From NCBI GenBank assembly GCA_963758525.1, contig CAVWVQ010000003.1:4800001-4864000 (forward strand): a stretch of DNA of 64,000 bases. Reading direction: 5' to 3'. Positions 19,715 to 29,406 of the stretch are shown here, piece after piece. Position 1 is the stretch's first letter. The number at the start of each line of letters is the position of its first letter. The position numbers and the translations under genes are program-made. Below the pieces are notes generated by a model, which saw only the letters and a list, made by a program, of their open reading frames with translations, made no database searches and was not told the origin of the DNA. The stretch is from an uncultured Phycisphaerales bacterium. Lineage in GTDB: Bacteria > Planctomycetota > Phycisphaerae > Tepidisphaerales > Tepidisphaeraceae.

Positions 19715-19776
19715 GATGAATTCCTTTGCCGCGGACGCGGCGAGTAGAAGGTTGAAACGCCGTGCGCTCACAACTG

Positions 19777-20172
19777 TCACGGTTCTGTGGGCCAGCGGGC
19801 GTCGGGCATCACCTCGGCGTGACGCAGGCGGGAGATGGACTCGAACAGTTCCGTGGGCGCGTCGCCCCAGGACAGACCGCCCGAAATCAGGAGAACGACG
19901 CCGAATCCCCCGGCGATGAATGTGGCGTCGCCGCGATCATCAGCCAGCGCCGCCGCAATCGCGGTGACGTCATTCAGTAACAGTTGCCTGTACTGCGTCA
20001 GATCAGTGTATTCGCCGCCCATTTCTTCGTTGATCGCGTCAAATCGTGCTTGGGGGAGCGCTTCAATGGCAAGCCTGGCTTGGGCCAGCGCCACGTCGGC
20101 CTGTTCATGGTCCAATTCAGATCGATCGTTTGCTTTGAACCCGATCGATAGCAGCAGCATGGCTGCACCCAT
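19777..20172 (-). CDS. Hypothetical protein
   Basis: GAAAGGAG RBS; LLISGGLSWGDAPTE motif. Confidence 0.65.
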   Translation of the reverse strand: MGAAMLLLSIGFKANDRSELDHEQADVALAQARLAIEALPQARFDAINEEMGGEYTDLTQYRQLLLNDVTAIAAALADDRGDATFIAGGFGVVLLISGGLSWGDAPTELFESISRLRHAEVMPDARWPTEP

Positions 20173-20185
20173 GTGGTCGCTCCTT

Positions 20186-20323
20186 TCAGTTGTCGCTGTC
20201 GGTGATGGTCTCCGCCCGATATTTGAGCTGTGACAGCCGGCAATCGGTCGCGGCCATGTCATTACGGATGCCCAGACAGACGGGCTGGTAGAGACTTCCG
20301 CCTGGATAGGCATACAGGTAGCG
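20186..20323 (-). pseudogene. Detached C-terminal 45 codons of the WGR-ligase
   Basis: Reads RYLYAYPGGSLYQPVCLGIRNDMAATDCRLSQLKYRAETITDSDN*, continuing IIEV from 23776. Confidence 0.88.
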
Positions 20324-20324
20324 T

Positions 20325-20377
20325 TTATGCCGAGCTCGGCATAAGCGGTATTATCCCGAGCCACAATTTATGCCGAG
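20325..20377. repeat. RIT left end: 20-bp perfect palindrome plus terminal inverted repeat
   Basis: TTATGCCGAGCTCGGCATAA (20325-20344); TATTATCCCGAGCCACAATTTATGCCGAG (20349-20377). Confidence 0.9.
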
Positions 20378-20444
20378 GTTGCCAAGCGTTTCTTGGAAAA
20401 CCACATTCAACGGGCAGATTTTTCCACTTCGTCACTCGGCATAA

Positions 20445-21443
20445 TCAGAGGCTTTCAAGGAAGTTTTTGAGTGGGTCCGTTGGACGGTACCTGGATGTCC
20501 GTCCTTTGAACGCCTCCGTTTTCGCCAGTGCCTGCTCTGTCAACGCCAGGTTGGCGTGCAGATAGACCTGGGTCGTTTCAATTGATTCGTGCCCCAACCA
20601 CAGTGCGATGACCGAGCACTCAACGCCGTGCTGAAGCAGATTCATGGCTGTGCTATGGCGCAGCACGTGCGGGGAGACGCGTTTCTTCTTCAGCGAAGGA
20701 CATTTCGTACTCGCGGCTTTCGTGTGCTCCGACAACAGATACTCCACACCGTCCCGGCTGAGGGCTTGGTGGCGGGCGTTCGGAAAGACGGGCTCGTCAG
20801 GTTGGCCGTCCTGCTCCTTTTGCCAAGCGTGTATCGCATCCTCTGTTTCCCTCCGCAAAGGCACGCATCGCATCTTTCGCCCTTTGCCGGTACACGTGAC
20901 GTGAGCACCGGTGCCGAACACCACGTCTCGCCAGCGTAGCGAGATCAGTTCCGATACGCGCAGGCCCGTTTCCACGGCCATCAGCATCAATGCGCGGTCT
21001 CGTCGTCCGCCCCAGGTGGTGATGTCCGGCGCATCCAACAGTGCCGTCAACTCAACTCTCGTCAGATATGCCACGAGTTGCTTCACGCACCTTTTGCCTT
21101 GGATGGCCAGAACGCGTTGGGCCACTGCCCCGAACGCAGGCTCCTGAAAGGCGACGTAAGCAAAGAAGGAATGGATGCACGCCAGACGGCAGTTTCTCGT
21201 CTGCGGCGCATTGCCACGCTCCTTCTCCAGGCTGTTGAGAAAGCGGAGGATAAAGGGAGCGTTCAGATCCTCAACGGTCAGTTTGATGGGAGGCTTCTTC
21301 AGACAGCGCTCGGCAAACGCGATCAGAAGACGGAAGGTGTCACGATACGCGGCGATGGTATGTGGGCTGGCATTCCGTTGTCCCATCAGGCGCTCGGTGA
21401 AGTAGGCCTGCAACAATGCAGAGAAGGTTGATGAAGTGTTCAT
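20445..21443 (-). CDS. RIT tyrosine recombinase C
   Basis: TGLRVSEL, GKGRKMR, SPHVLRHS, LWLGH..TTQVY. Confidence 0.93.
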   Translation of the reverse strand: MNTSSTFSALLQAYFTERLMGQRNASPHTIAAYRDTFRLLIAFAERCLKKPPIKLTVEDLNAPFILRFLNSLEKERGNAPQTRNCRLACIHSFFAYVAFQEPAFGAVAQRVLAIQGKRCVKQLVAYLTRVELTALLDAPDITTWGGRRDRALMLMAVETGLRVSELISLRWRDVVFGTGAHVTCTGKGRKMRCVPLRRETEDAIHAWQKEQDGQPDEPVFPNARHQALSRDGVEYLLSEHTKAASTKCPSLKKKRVSPHVLRHSTAMNLLQHGVECSVIALWLGHESIETTQVYLHANLALTEQALAKTEAFKGRTSRYRPTDPLKNFLESL

Positions 21444-22375
21444 GGGCGCTGTACTCCTTCCGTTCGCTCCCAGCGGAGCATGGCTTGCTGGAGCAGTTCT
21501 GGGGCAGCCGAGAGGTACCAGTACGTGTCGTTCACATGGATGTGCCCCAGATACGTGGCCAACTCGGGCAAATGGACATCCACCGCGACATCAGATCGAT
21601 ACCAGTCCACAAGAGTGCGGATCGCGAAACGGTGCCGCAGATCGTGGAGACGCGGACCACGGGAAGTATCGGGCTGACGCAAGCCGATGCGGCGGGACAA
21701 CACAAGGAACCAGCGATTCACCGTGGAGTAGCGCAGGCTGGTTCCCTTCTCCGATATGAAAAAACGCGAAGTGGCTGGGCGCGGGCGATGGTTCTCGCGA
21801 ACATCCAGATACCGGCGCAATGCTTGGCTGGTGGATGGATGCAGCGGAACCAGCCGTGTCTTGTTCCCCTTGGTTCTGGGGATGGTGAGTATCCCCTGAT
21901 CGAGGTCCGCGTCCTTGCAGTCCAACGAGATTGCCTCGCCCACCCTCATGCCGGTTACGGCCAACAGACCGAACAACGTGGCGTAGGTGGCGCATTTGGC
22001 GGCATCGGATTCGTCGATATGCCTGGTGGCCTCGATGAGCCGCGACACGTCGTCATCGCGATACAGGAAGGGATTCGGTCGGCGATGCTGGAGCGGCAGG
22101 AGCTTCTTCGCGGGAATCTCTGTACGTGTGTCCAAGGTGGACATGTACTCAGCGAAGCGCCGCACCAAGCCCAATCGGATCGCACGCTGTCTGGGCTTGA
22201 TGTCCTCTGGCCGCATTGCCCATTGAAGCGCCACCTTCGTCGTGATGAAGGTGGCCCGCTTTTCCTGAGCGAACTGCACGAAGTCTCGGAGCAGGATGGC
22301 AGGAACGCTCAACTTGAACCCGAGTTGTCGGCGAAGCTGTAGGTAAGTGTCGAGATGGCAGGCCAGGGTGGTCAT
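21440..22375 (-). CDS. RIT tyrosine recombinase B
   Basis: TGMRVGEA, PRLHDLRHRFA, LATYLGH..TYWYL. Confidence 0.93.
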   Translation of the reverse strand: MTTLACHLDTYLQLRRQLGFKLSVPAILLRDFVQFAQEKRATFITTKVALQWAMRPEDIKPRQRAIRLGLVRRFAEYMSTLDTRTEIPAKKLLPLQHRRPNPFLYRDDDVSRLIEATRHIDESDAAKCATYATLFGLLAVTGMRVGEAISLDCKDADLDQGILTIPRTKGNKTRLVPLHPSTSQALRRYLDVRENHRPRPATSRFFISEKGTSLRYSTVNRWFLVLSRRIGLRQPDTSRGPRLHDLRHRFAIRTLVDWYRSDVAVDVHLPELATYLGHIHVNDTYWYLSAAPELLQQAMLRWERTEGVQRP

Positions 22376-23622
22376 TGGTCACCTCCGGGCCACGGCTGCG
22401 CCAGCTTGCGCAAGGCGTCCAGATTCACCTTGGCGTAGATCTCGGTGGCCTGGACCCCCTTGTGACGCAGGACGCGCCCGATCTGCGCCAGCGAAGCGCC
22501 ATCGCCGAGCATTGTGGTGGCCAGAGAATGGCGGAGGATGTGAGCGCCCTTGTGGGGAGGGTTCAGCCCGGCACGCTTGAGTGCGCGTCGAACCAAGGAG
22601 CAGATGCCATTCGGCGGTAGCGCAAAGCTTTCGTACGGAGCCTTGGTGTAGACGAACAGGTGCCGGGATGGACAGCGAGGCCGCGCCTTGTGCAGGTAAT
22701 CCGCAATAGCCTCCCCGACCGGTTCAAGCAAAGGTAGGCAGTCGGTGCGATTGCCTTTGCCATGGATGCGCAGTTCTCCGGTGCCCCAGTCGATGTCATC
22801 CAAGGCGAGTCGTGCTACTTCTCCAGCCCGCAGGCCGAGCCGTGCCAAGAGCAGCAAGATCGCATAATCGCGCTTGCCGGTCTTGCGGCGGCGATCACAA
22901 TACTTTAGTAGCCTGTCGACCTCGGATGCCTTCAGGTAGCGCGGCAGCTCCGACAGACGCCACCCTGCAACGGCGGGAACGGCCGCCGCCAGATTTGTGG
23001 CGATTTGCCCACTGTGGAACTGGAAGCGCAGGAAGCCCCGCAGGACCGTGGTCGCCATCTGGCATGCCTTGCGACCTCGGCTGGTGGTGTCGTGCAACAC
23101 AAACGCGACTATGTCCTTTGTACATATCTTGCCGATATTGGTTTGCCCGTTTGGGAAGCAGTGCTCCAGAAAGCGCCGCACCACCGCGATGTAGCCCTTG
23201 ACCGTATTCTGCCCGAGGCCACGCTCATCGAGAAGGAATCGCCGGTAACTCTGCTCGATCACATCCATGGGGGTTGTAGGGGTATTCACCGGACAAGCAG
23301 GGATGACGTGGCTTTGTCGCAGATGTTTGAGCAGTAGAGCCAGCGCCGCCTTGTCTCCACTGCGTCGTGGTACCCGAGTGGATCGGCGGCTGAGGAACGC
23401 CGCAACGTGCTGCTCGTCCAGTATTGCCAGATCAACCTGTTTCCGGCCAAGCCATCGGCTGAACGCGCCGACCAGTCGAAGCTTGTTCCAACCCGCCTCG
23501 TTGCAGTAGCGGTGTCTGCACAGCAGATCCGCGTAGCTTTGAAGGTGTGCCTCCAGTGGGCCGAATCGATACTCGCGCAGGGCGTCGGGTGACGGACAGA
23601 AGAACTTGCGCATCGGTGTCAT
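22372..23622 (-). CDS. RIT tyrosine recombinase A
   Basis: RDYAILLLLARLGLRAGEV, GAHILRHSLA, VLRH..TEIYAKV; start uncertain (23622 or 23613). Confidence 0.92.
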   Translation of the reverse strand: MTPMRKFFCPSPDALREYRFGPLEAHLQSYADLLCRHRYCNEAGWNKLRLVGAFSRWLGRKQVDLAILDEQHVAAFLSRRSTRVPRRSGDKAALALLLKHLRQSHVIPACPVNTPTTPMDVIEQSYRRFLLDERGLGQNTVKGYIAVVRRFLEHCFPNGQTNIGKICTKDIVAFVLHDTTSRGRKACQMATTVLRGFLRFQFHSGQIATNLAAAVPAVAGWRLSELPRYLKASEVDRLLKYCDRRRKTGKRDYAILLLLARLGLRAGEVARLALDDIDWGTGELRIHGKGNRTDCLPLLEPVGEAIADYLHKARPRCPSRHLFVYTKAPYESFALPPNGICSLVRRALKRAGLNPPHKGAHILRHSLATTMLGDGASLAQIGRVLRHKGVQATEIYAKVNLDALRKLAQPWPGGDQ

Positions 23623-23743
23623 TTCCTTTCTCTGGGTTTGTCGCCACCAGAATTGAAAGGGGAAATGACACCGCCGGTTATGCCGAGTCACAAGTTCAGA
23701 AGAACAGGATTTTCCGGAGTAGTCCGAAATCTAATCGCTTCGG

Positions 23744-23772
23744 CTCCGCATAAATCGTGGCTCGGGATAATA
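23744..23772. repeat. RIT right terminal inverted repeat
   Basis: CTCCGCATAAATCGTGGCTCGGGATAATA matches the reverse complement of 20349-20377 at 27/29 positions. Confidence 0.9.
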
Positions 23773-23773
23773 A

Positions 23774-24735
23774 CGCACCTCGATGATTTGACCCGCGGTG
23801 GGAAGATTCTGGTTGGCGGGAACGGTGACATTGCCGACCGAGATGCGGCGCGTCTCACCGTCGAGCAGCTCCAGCTTCACACTTCGCTTGCTGCCGTTGG
23901 CGCCGCCGACGATGCATGAGCAGGAAACGGTGAACTTCAGTTTGAGTTGATCGCCGCCACTCGCGGGCCGGCCCAGCGTGTACTGCGCCAGGTGCCGCTT
24001 GAAGACGATCCCCTCGCGGTTGGAGCCTTTGAGTGATTCCAGCATCGCCTGCTTTGCGGTTGCTGTTTTGGCGGTCGGCACAACGCTAACAGGTGTCGTC
24101 TCGTCAGGCCCCAGTAGCCGGGCCAGTTCACGCAATCGCTTCACGTACGGCTGAGGGCGGAAGTCAACGCACGCCGACTCCAGCACATCAAACGCGTAGA
24201 GCACGTCACCCACTGCTTCACCGTCGATCAACCAGTGCTGACTACCGATCTTGAGGGCGTGATCGATAATCGGCTTGGGCAGCTCGATGACCAGACCTTT
24301 ACGGTTGATGCCGGTGATTACGTCGCCAACACGCCCGATCAGGACATGCTTCCCGTCATATTTCTCCTGAGCCCACCACTCGGAGTCGGCGATGTAACGC
24401 GGTGCTTCCTGCTCTTCGATGGGGTTTAACAGTTGTGGCAGAACACCCGTCGCGCGCTCGGCTCTGTCAGTGTGCTGATAAGGCGTGCCATCTTTGCCAG
24501 GCGTGTACCCCTTGGCGGTTTTCTCCTTCACGAGCTTGTCAAACAGTTTCCTCGCCGTTTCGTGATCGACCGGCTGGATTGTCTTCGAGCCAGTCTGGAG
24601 GGTGGTTCCGCGCCGGCCAAACGCGAAGGTCACGATGAATCCCGTTCCCGATGGCTCAATTGCGACGCGGTAGATCTTGTCGCTGGAGCCATTGCGGTAA
24701 TAGAGCGTGAGCTGCTCAGATTGTATTTGTGTCAT
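23774..24735 (-). pseudogene. WGR-domain ATP-dependent DNA ligase, N-terminal part, interrupted by the RIT element
   Basis: SDKIY..FGRRG..K.AKGY (WGR); QEKYDG, IDGE, YAFDVL, EGIVFK, KLKF (ligase motifs). Confidence 0.88.
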
Positions 24736-24811
24736 GAGCGTCTCCTGTGGAAAAGAACAACTTGATGAGAGCGACGCTAGTGGCGTCGCTGAGACAACTG
24801 CGTTGCGCGAA

Positions 24812-25204
24812 TCAGGGCTGGTTGCTCTCCGGAATGGCAGCCACGGCGCCAAAATGCTGCTTCAATGCGATCTGGATGTTCTGGGCCTCGAAACCCCGGC
24901 CAATTGCATCGCGGTATTCAACACCCAGCGCGCCAGCCAGGAACCGCAGCATTTCCAGGCCGTAGATGCCGGTCAGTTCCTTCACCGGCTGGCCACCAAC
25001 AAAGAGAGTGCCCTTCGGTGAACCGTCGGATCGGTATTTCCTGGTCATGTGCTCCACGACCACTTGCGGGAATCCAGCGTCGATGAAGGCTTCGGGCTTG
25101 AGAATGGAATGACCATCACAAAGCGATGCAGCCCGGAGAATGACCTCCGAACTGCACGCTTTGGTAAGGCCGACGATCTGTTGCATGTGCCGGCGTGAAC
25201 TCAC
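24812..25204 (-). CDS. Hypothetical protein
   Basis: GGAGA RBS, co-oriented, globular composition (GIYGLEML..LGV..GRGF). Confidence 0.6.
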   Translation of the reverse strand: MSSRRHMQQIVGLTKACSSEVILRAASLCDGHSILKPEAFIDAGFPQVVVEHMTRKYRSDGSPKGTLFVGGQPVKELTGIYGLEMLRFLAGALGVEYRDAIGRGFEAQNIQIALKQHFGAVAAIPESNQP

Positions 25205-25240
25205 TGTGTGTCTCCGGTGTGAGAAAGTGGGATCGAACTG

Positions 25241-25468
25241 TCACGCAACGACGGCGCAGACGACCGGGGACTGCTGGTGAAGGCAGGCGGTATAGAGCGT
25301 GCCGACCTTCTCGCCCACATTGACGAGCGATCGGTTCACGGCGGCGAGTTCACGCCGCTGATGGACGTCTCGGCGTTCCGGCCTTCGGCGGCGCTGGCTG
25401 GGATCGACGTTGTTGCCCAGCAGTGCAAGATCGCATGAGGACAGACGCGAAGCAGGAATAATGGACAT
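25241..25468 (-). CDS. Small hypothetical protein
   Basis: AGGAG RBS before ATG 25468. Confidence 0.4.
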   Translation of the reverse strand: MSIIPASRLSSCDLALLGNNVDPSQRRRRPERRDVHQRRELAAVNRSLVNVGEKVGTLYTACLHQQSPVVCAVVA

Positions 25469-25565
25469 GGGGAATCTCCTTGCTGCGCGAACATGCGCAG
25501 CGTTGAAAGTGTTGATGCGCGGCATGTGTGTGCGCGGCTTCCCGGCACACGCCGGTGAGTACCGC

Positions 25566-25937
25566 TCAAGCGGTGGGATCTGAGTGTGGGCCTGGTGGCG
25601 GGCTGAGAAGAGACGTGGTGGATGGAGCTGATGGATCGAGCTGCTCCAGGCGTTCACCCATCTGGGCTTCCCAGAGCTCGAAGTGGCTCTTTCTCAATGA
25701 CACGATGCAAACCATGGTGAGAAGCTCGATGGCTTTTTGAACGCGCTGGGTTTTCTTGGGCGAGCCGCTGAGAGCCATGAGTTTCTGGTAGATGTCTGAG
25801 TAGCTTTCCATCAGGAAGCTGGCCAGATCGGGCTCGACTTTCTCCAGGTGGGACATCGCGGGCGTGATCCCCTGGCGCTGCAGCTCCAGCAGCGACTGGA
25901 GAATGGTGCGTGAGTGCACTTGTTGATCAGAAGCCAT
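25566..25937 (-). CDS. Hypothetical helical protein
   Basis: GGAG RBS; LEKVEPDLASFLME..SLRKSHFELW. Confidence 0.6.
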   Translation of the reverse strand: MASDQQVHSRTILQSLLELQRQGITPAMSHLEKVEPDLASFLMESYSDIYQKLMALSGSPKKTQRVQKAIELLTMVCIVSLRKSHFELWEAQMGERLEQLDPSAPSTTSLLSPPPGPHSDPTA

Positions 25938-25962
25938 GATGAATGCTCCATACGGTGTCTGG

Positions 25963-26838
25963 CTACTTTGCTGCAAAGAGAGGGCAGCGCGAGCGGAACG
26001 AGCAGCTCGTACAGTTCTGCGGCGACGGACTCGGATAGAAGTTTTCCGCCTGGATCGCCGCTCAGACCTGGGCGATTCCGTCACGCAAACTGGCAACGCG
26101 CTGCTCGTCAGCAGCAACTGGAAGCAATTGGACCTGCGGTGTCTTGTGCTTCGTGAGAATCGCAAAGTGCAGCTTCACCGGAAGTCCCAGCGAGCTTGCC
26201 ATGCCTGAAAGCGTCTGGCCGTACAGAACGAGCTGATCGCCGGACTCCGATGCCTTCTGCTCATTCCAGCGGCTTCGGCTGGTCTTGAAGTCGATGACGT
26301 GCAAGGAGCCATCGGTCTGCGTGACCAAATCTACCTTCGCCAGGAGATCCGGAAGGTCCGGATCCAGCACGATGCGCAGCTCCTCTTCGATGCCGACAAT
26401 GACACCCTTGGGGTCAGCCAGCGGTGAGGTGAGGAAGGCGGTCAGCATGCGATGGGCGGTAGCGTCGACCGTCTCGTGAGTCTCGGCCTTGTTGAATCGG
26501 ACAGGCACCTTGTCGGCGCTCTGCTGCCGCTTCCATGAGTCGTGATAAGCGCTGGGCATCGCCTCGGTGCTCACGGCCAAGCCTTCCAGCCTTGCGCGGA
26601 AATACAACTCCAACGCGGCGTGGATCGCGCCGCCCAGCAGCAGCGTGCTGGCCACAAAATCCCTGGGTGCGTTCTCGACGTACTGGAAAGCAAACTTGCG
26701 GGGACAGGATCGCATCAGCGAGATCTGTGAGTGAGACAGATACGAGCGCCCGGTGAGTTTCTCGGCAACGCGGTTGGGCGCTCGCGGAACGGCGACAGGC
26801 CGGCGCGCAGTTGGACCGGGCATGACAGTCAGCGTCAT
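25963..26838 (-). pseudogene. Cas4/AddB-like PD-(D/E)XK exonuclease with an in-frame TGA at 26062-26064
   Basis: LSHSQI..SCPRKF, KVDLV, VIDFKTS, QLVLY. After the TGA the frame continues AAIQAENFYPSPSPQNCTSCSFRSRCPLFAAK*. Confidence 0.8.
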
Positions 26839-26866
26839 GGGATTCTCCTGTTGTATGTGCTGGGGA

Positions 26867-27358
26867 TTACCGGCGGCGATCGTCAGCCGGCACGAGGGAT
26901 TTGAGGTGATCGATCAGTTCCGATGCCTCGCGGACACTCAGAGCATCGAACTGGTTGCCGATGATCTCCCGGCACTCTTTATCGACGTTGGCGTGGGCAC
27001 GATCGGCGATTGCGAGGATCGCACGGCGCTGGCTGGCGGTCATCGTGCCGCCATTGCTACCGGCGTTGCCGTTGGCGTGGTGGCCATTGCCATTGTTTCG
27101 CCCATGCTCGCTGCGATTGTAGCGGCGAGGCTGCCGGTCCCGATCGCCGCGGTCATTCTCTGCCGGTTGGGGTGAAGCGGCCTGGCGGTCGATGGCGCCA
27201 CGGGCTTGGCCGTATAAGCCGTCAATCTGCTGCTGCAGTTCGTCAGGCTTGGCGAGCAAGTTCTGGTCCAGTTCCGCGACGATGTTGATTGAGACGCCGG
27301 TGGACTGGTAGTCCTTACTGGCCTTCCGGCTGAGGCCTACGTTGATCGAGAGAGGCAT
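26867..27358 (-). CDS. Conserved hypothetical protein, possible DNA-binding/annealing partner of the exonuclease
   Basis: INVGLSRK..YQS.G.SINI N-terminus, low-complexity linker, MTASQRRAI..LSVREASELIDHLK C-terminus. Confidence 0.65.
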   Translation of the reverse strand: MPLSINVGLSRKASKDYQSTGVSINIVAELDQNLLAKPDELQQQIDGLYGQARGAIDRQAASPQPAENDRGDRDRQPRRYNRSEHGRNNGNGHHANGNAGSNGGTMTASQRRAILAIADRAHANVDKECREIIGNQFDALSVREASELIDHLKSLVPADDRRR

Positions 27359-27414
27359 AATGATGACTCCTTATTATGTAGCGTGGACGGATCGAAGAGA
27401 CGAAGGGGCGGTGT

Positions 27415-28011
27415 TCATGCCGCCTGTTTCTGGAACACCGCCCACTCCCGCTCGTACCGCCTGCGCAGTTGCGAGACTCTTGCTTCCGAGATCACGAACC
27501 GCTCAGCCACCGCCATGGTCCGCTCGCCCCCGACCAACGCGGCGATAATGTACCGGTCGCGTCGCGTGAGGGTCTTCAGCCAGCACGCGAAGTCGATCCG
27601 GAACGCAGCCAGGTCCGGAATCCGCACCTTGCGGTCCTCAATGGCGATTTGCTTCCAGCCGTCAGTCGCATCGCCTCCCGGGTAGGGATCGGCGCTGAAA
27701 ATGCGGATCCCACGGCGTTTCTGACAGGCCGGCGACATGACATCCTTTGGGGAGTCCTGCCTGCCGCCGACGTGCCGGCCGCTGCGGACGAAATTGACCG
27801 CGTAGTTGGCCAGCGTGCTGGCGTGGGCGGTGTGGAGTTGGCCCTTCGCCGCCAGGCGTTGGTAGCTGGCGCACGCGCTGGCGATGGCTTCCTGAACTGC
27901 ATCTTCGCGCTTGTGGGCGGGAAGTTTGCGGAATTGGATCCTGGCGTGCTCTCGGACAGTGGGCAGGACGGACAAGAAGCCCGCCTGCCAGGTGGATTGG
28001 ACAGCAGTCAT
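27415..28011 (-). CDS. ECF/sigma70-like factor heading the operon
   Basis: REDAVQEA (region 2); LTRRDRYII..GERTMAVAERFVISEARVSQLR (region 4 HTH). Confidence 0.7.
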   Translation of the reverse strand: MTAVQSTWQAGFLSVLPTVREHARIQFRKLPAHKREDAVQEAIASACASYQRLAAKGQLHTAHASTLANYAVNFVRSGRHVGGRQDSPKDVMSPACQKRRGIRIFSADPYPGGDATDGWKQIAIEDRKVRIPDLAAFRIDFACWLKTLTRRDRYIIAALVGGERTMAVAERFVISEARVSQLRRRYEREWAVFQKQAA

Positions 28012-28528
28012 GAGACGACTCCCTTCAGGTAGGGACCGTCCCCGTGCGTGGGGACGGTCGTGTTGGGAAACACAACCGCCCCCGCACGATGCGAGGGCGA
28101 GACAGAACAGTTGAGCTGGTGGTCAGGGCGTTACGACGCCGACTTCAGCGTATGGCACTCCTCAAGACGGTGACATGAAACCTCCACTGCCTGTTTTGCC
28201 GGGCGGTAAGACTTAATTGCGTCGCTGCGCATGCAGCGCCGCGGACAGCTAAACGGCCCATCTCTACTGACGCGAAAACGCCATTTCTTTAGCAATGGCA
28301 CGATAGGCGGAATGGGGAGTGAATCTGCCAGTGAGGGTGAAAGAGAGTGACCGGGTTGCGCCGGTCGGTTGTTAGAGTTTACCGAGGCGCTGAGCGAACT
28401 GCTGATCCGTCTTTTTCGCTCGCGGCATGTCTTCGCAGCTCTTTCGCACCACTGGGATAGGCAGAAATGAAAAAACGGTCGGGGGGGGGAGATTTCTGGT
28501 TGCGGCTCAGTTCCAGCCGGCTGAATCA

Positions 28529-29134
28529 TCACATTTTGCGGCTGCTCGATTCAAGTATCAGAGGTCGATGAAGCATTTTGTAACGCGAACGCTTCTTTGT
28601 TCGGTTAGTAAGCAAATCCTGGAGCGTCCGCGACGCTCTGATCTCGTCCAAAACCACGTGAACGAATTGTGTCCATTCCGCCTTCGTGGCCTTCTCATCA
28701 TTCCACACGCCCATGAAGTCGAAGTAGGCCCCATGCCTGACCAAACGGGCTGGAATCGAGTCCCCGTAGCTGCCGATCAGTATGCCGTACCTCAGATAAG
28801 GATGAACGTGCTTATGCGTGGCGGCCTTGGCACTGTAAGTCAGGGCGTCGTGGGTCGTCACGGATGCCACCTTGCACTCGACGATTACCCGCGGAACCCA
28901 TCCTTCCTTGTCGGACCGCTCGTCGTAAATCAGCAGGTCAGTTTCATAGCGTGATGCCTTTGAATCTGCAGGGGTATCGGCTTCATGCTGGAACCGGTGG
29001 ATTTCGTAGAGATACGGCAGCCTGTATCCGGTTCTCACGCGTGTGCGAATCCCCCGCACGTCCGCGGCGGCCACCGCAGCTTCAAGGATTGGCTGAAGAG
29101 TCTCAACCCACGTCTTTTCGCGGCTGTTGGCCAT
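28529..29134 (-). CDS. Orphan PD-(D/E)XK restriction-endonuclease-like protein
   Basis: YETDLLIYD..PRVIVECKV..TTHD..YSAKA..HK..YLRYG. Confidence 0.65.
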   Translation of the reverse strand: MANSREKTWVETLQPILEAAVAAADVRGIRTRVRTGYRLPYLYEIHRFQHEADTPADSKASRYETDLLIYDERSDKEGWVPRVIVECKVASVTTHDALTYSAKAATHKHVHPYLRYGILIGSYGDSIPARLVRHGAYFDFMGVWNDEKATKAEWTQFVHVVLDEIRASRTLQDLLTNRTKKRSRYKMLHRPLILESSSRKM

Positions 29135-29406
29135 CGTAAACCAGCCCTTTATTTGCAACCGGTTGAACAGTCGACCATAACACAACAGCTGATACGGGAC
29201 CAATCAACGCCTGGCATGTGGTGGATGGTTGAGATTCGGCGCTCCCCAGCATAGCTGCCTTCTGCCCGGCATATCACAGCGCCCTCGGCGGCGGGCGCAG
29301 AACAGGCAACGGCGCAGTTACTTTTGGCTCACTGACATTGCACGGAACCTCTTGGGGCGTCGCCTGTGGTGCAGGCAGCCACTTGCCCCGATATCACGAT
29401 CCGAAC

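Larger units (their letters stand above)
20324..23773 (-). mobile_element. RIT (recombinase-in-trio) element
   Basis: Three overlapping tyrosine recombinases, 29-bp terminal inverted repeats and CG at both junctions; interrupts the ligase gene. Confidence 0.92.

Noticed and set aside
26062..26064. TGA as selenocysteine or genetic-code reassignment
   Set aside because: The position fits Trp rather than Cys, and TGA is the normal stop of many genes in the window.
25963..26838. cas4 as part of a CRISPR-Cas locus
   Set aside because: No array or other cas genes were seen; solo Cas4-like exonucleases are common on mobile elements.
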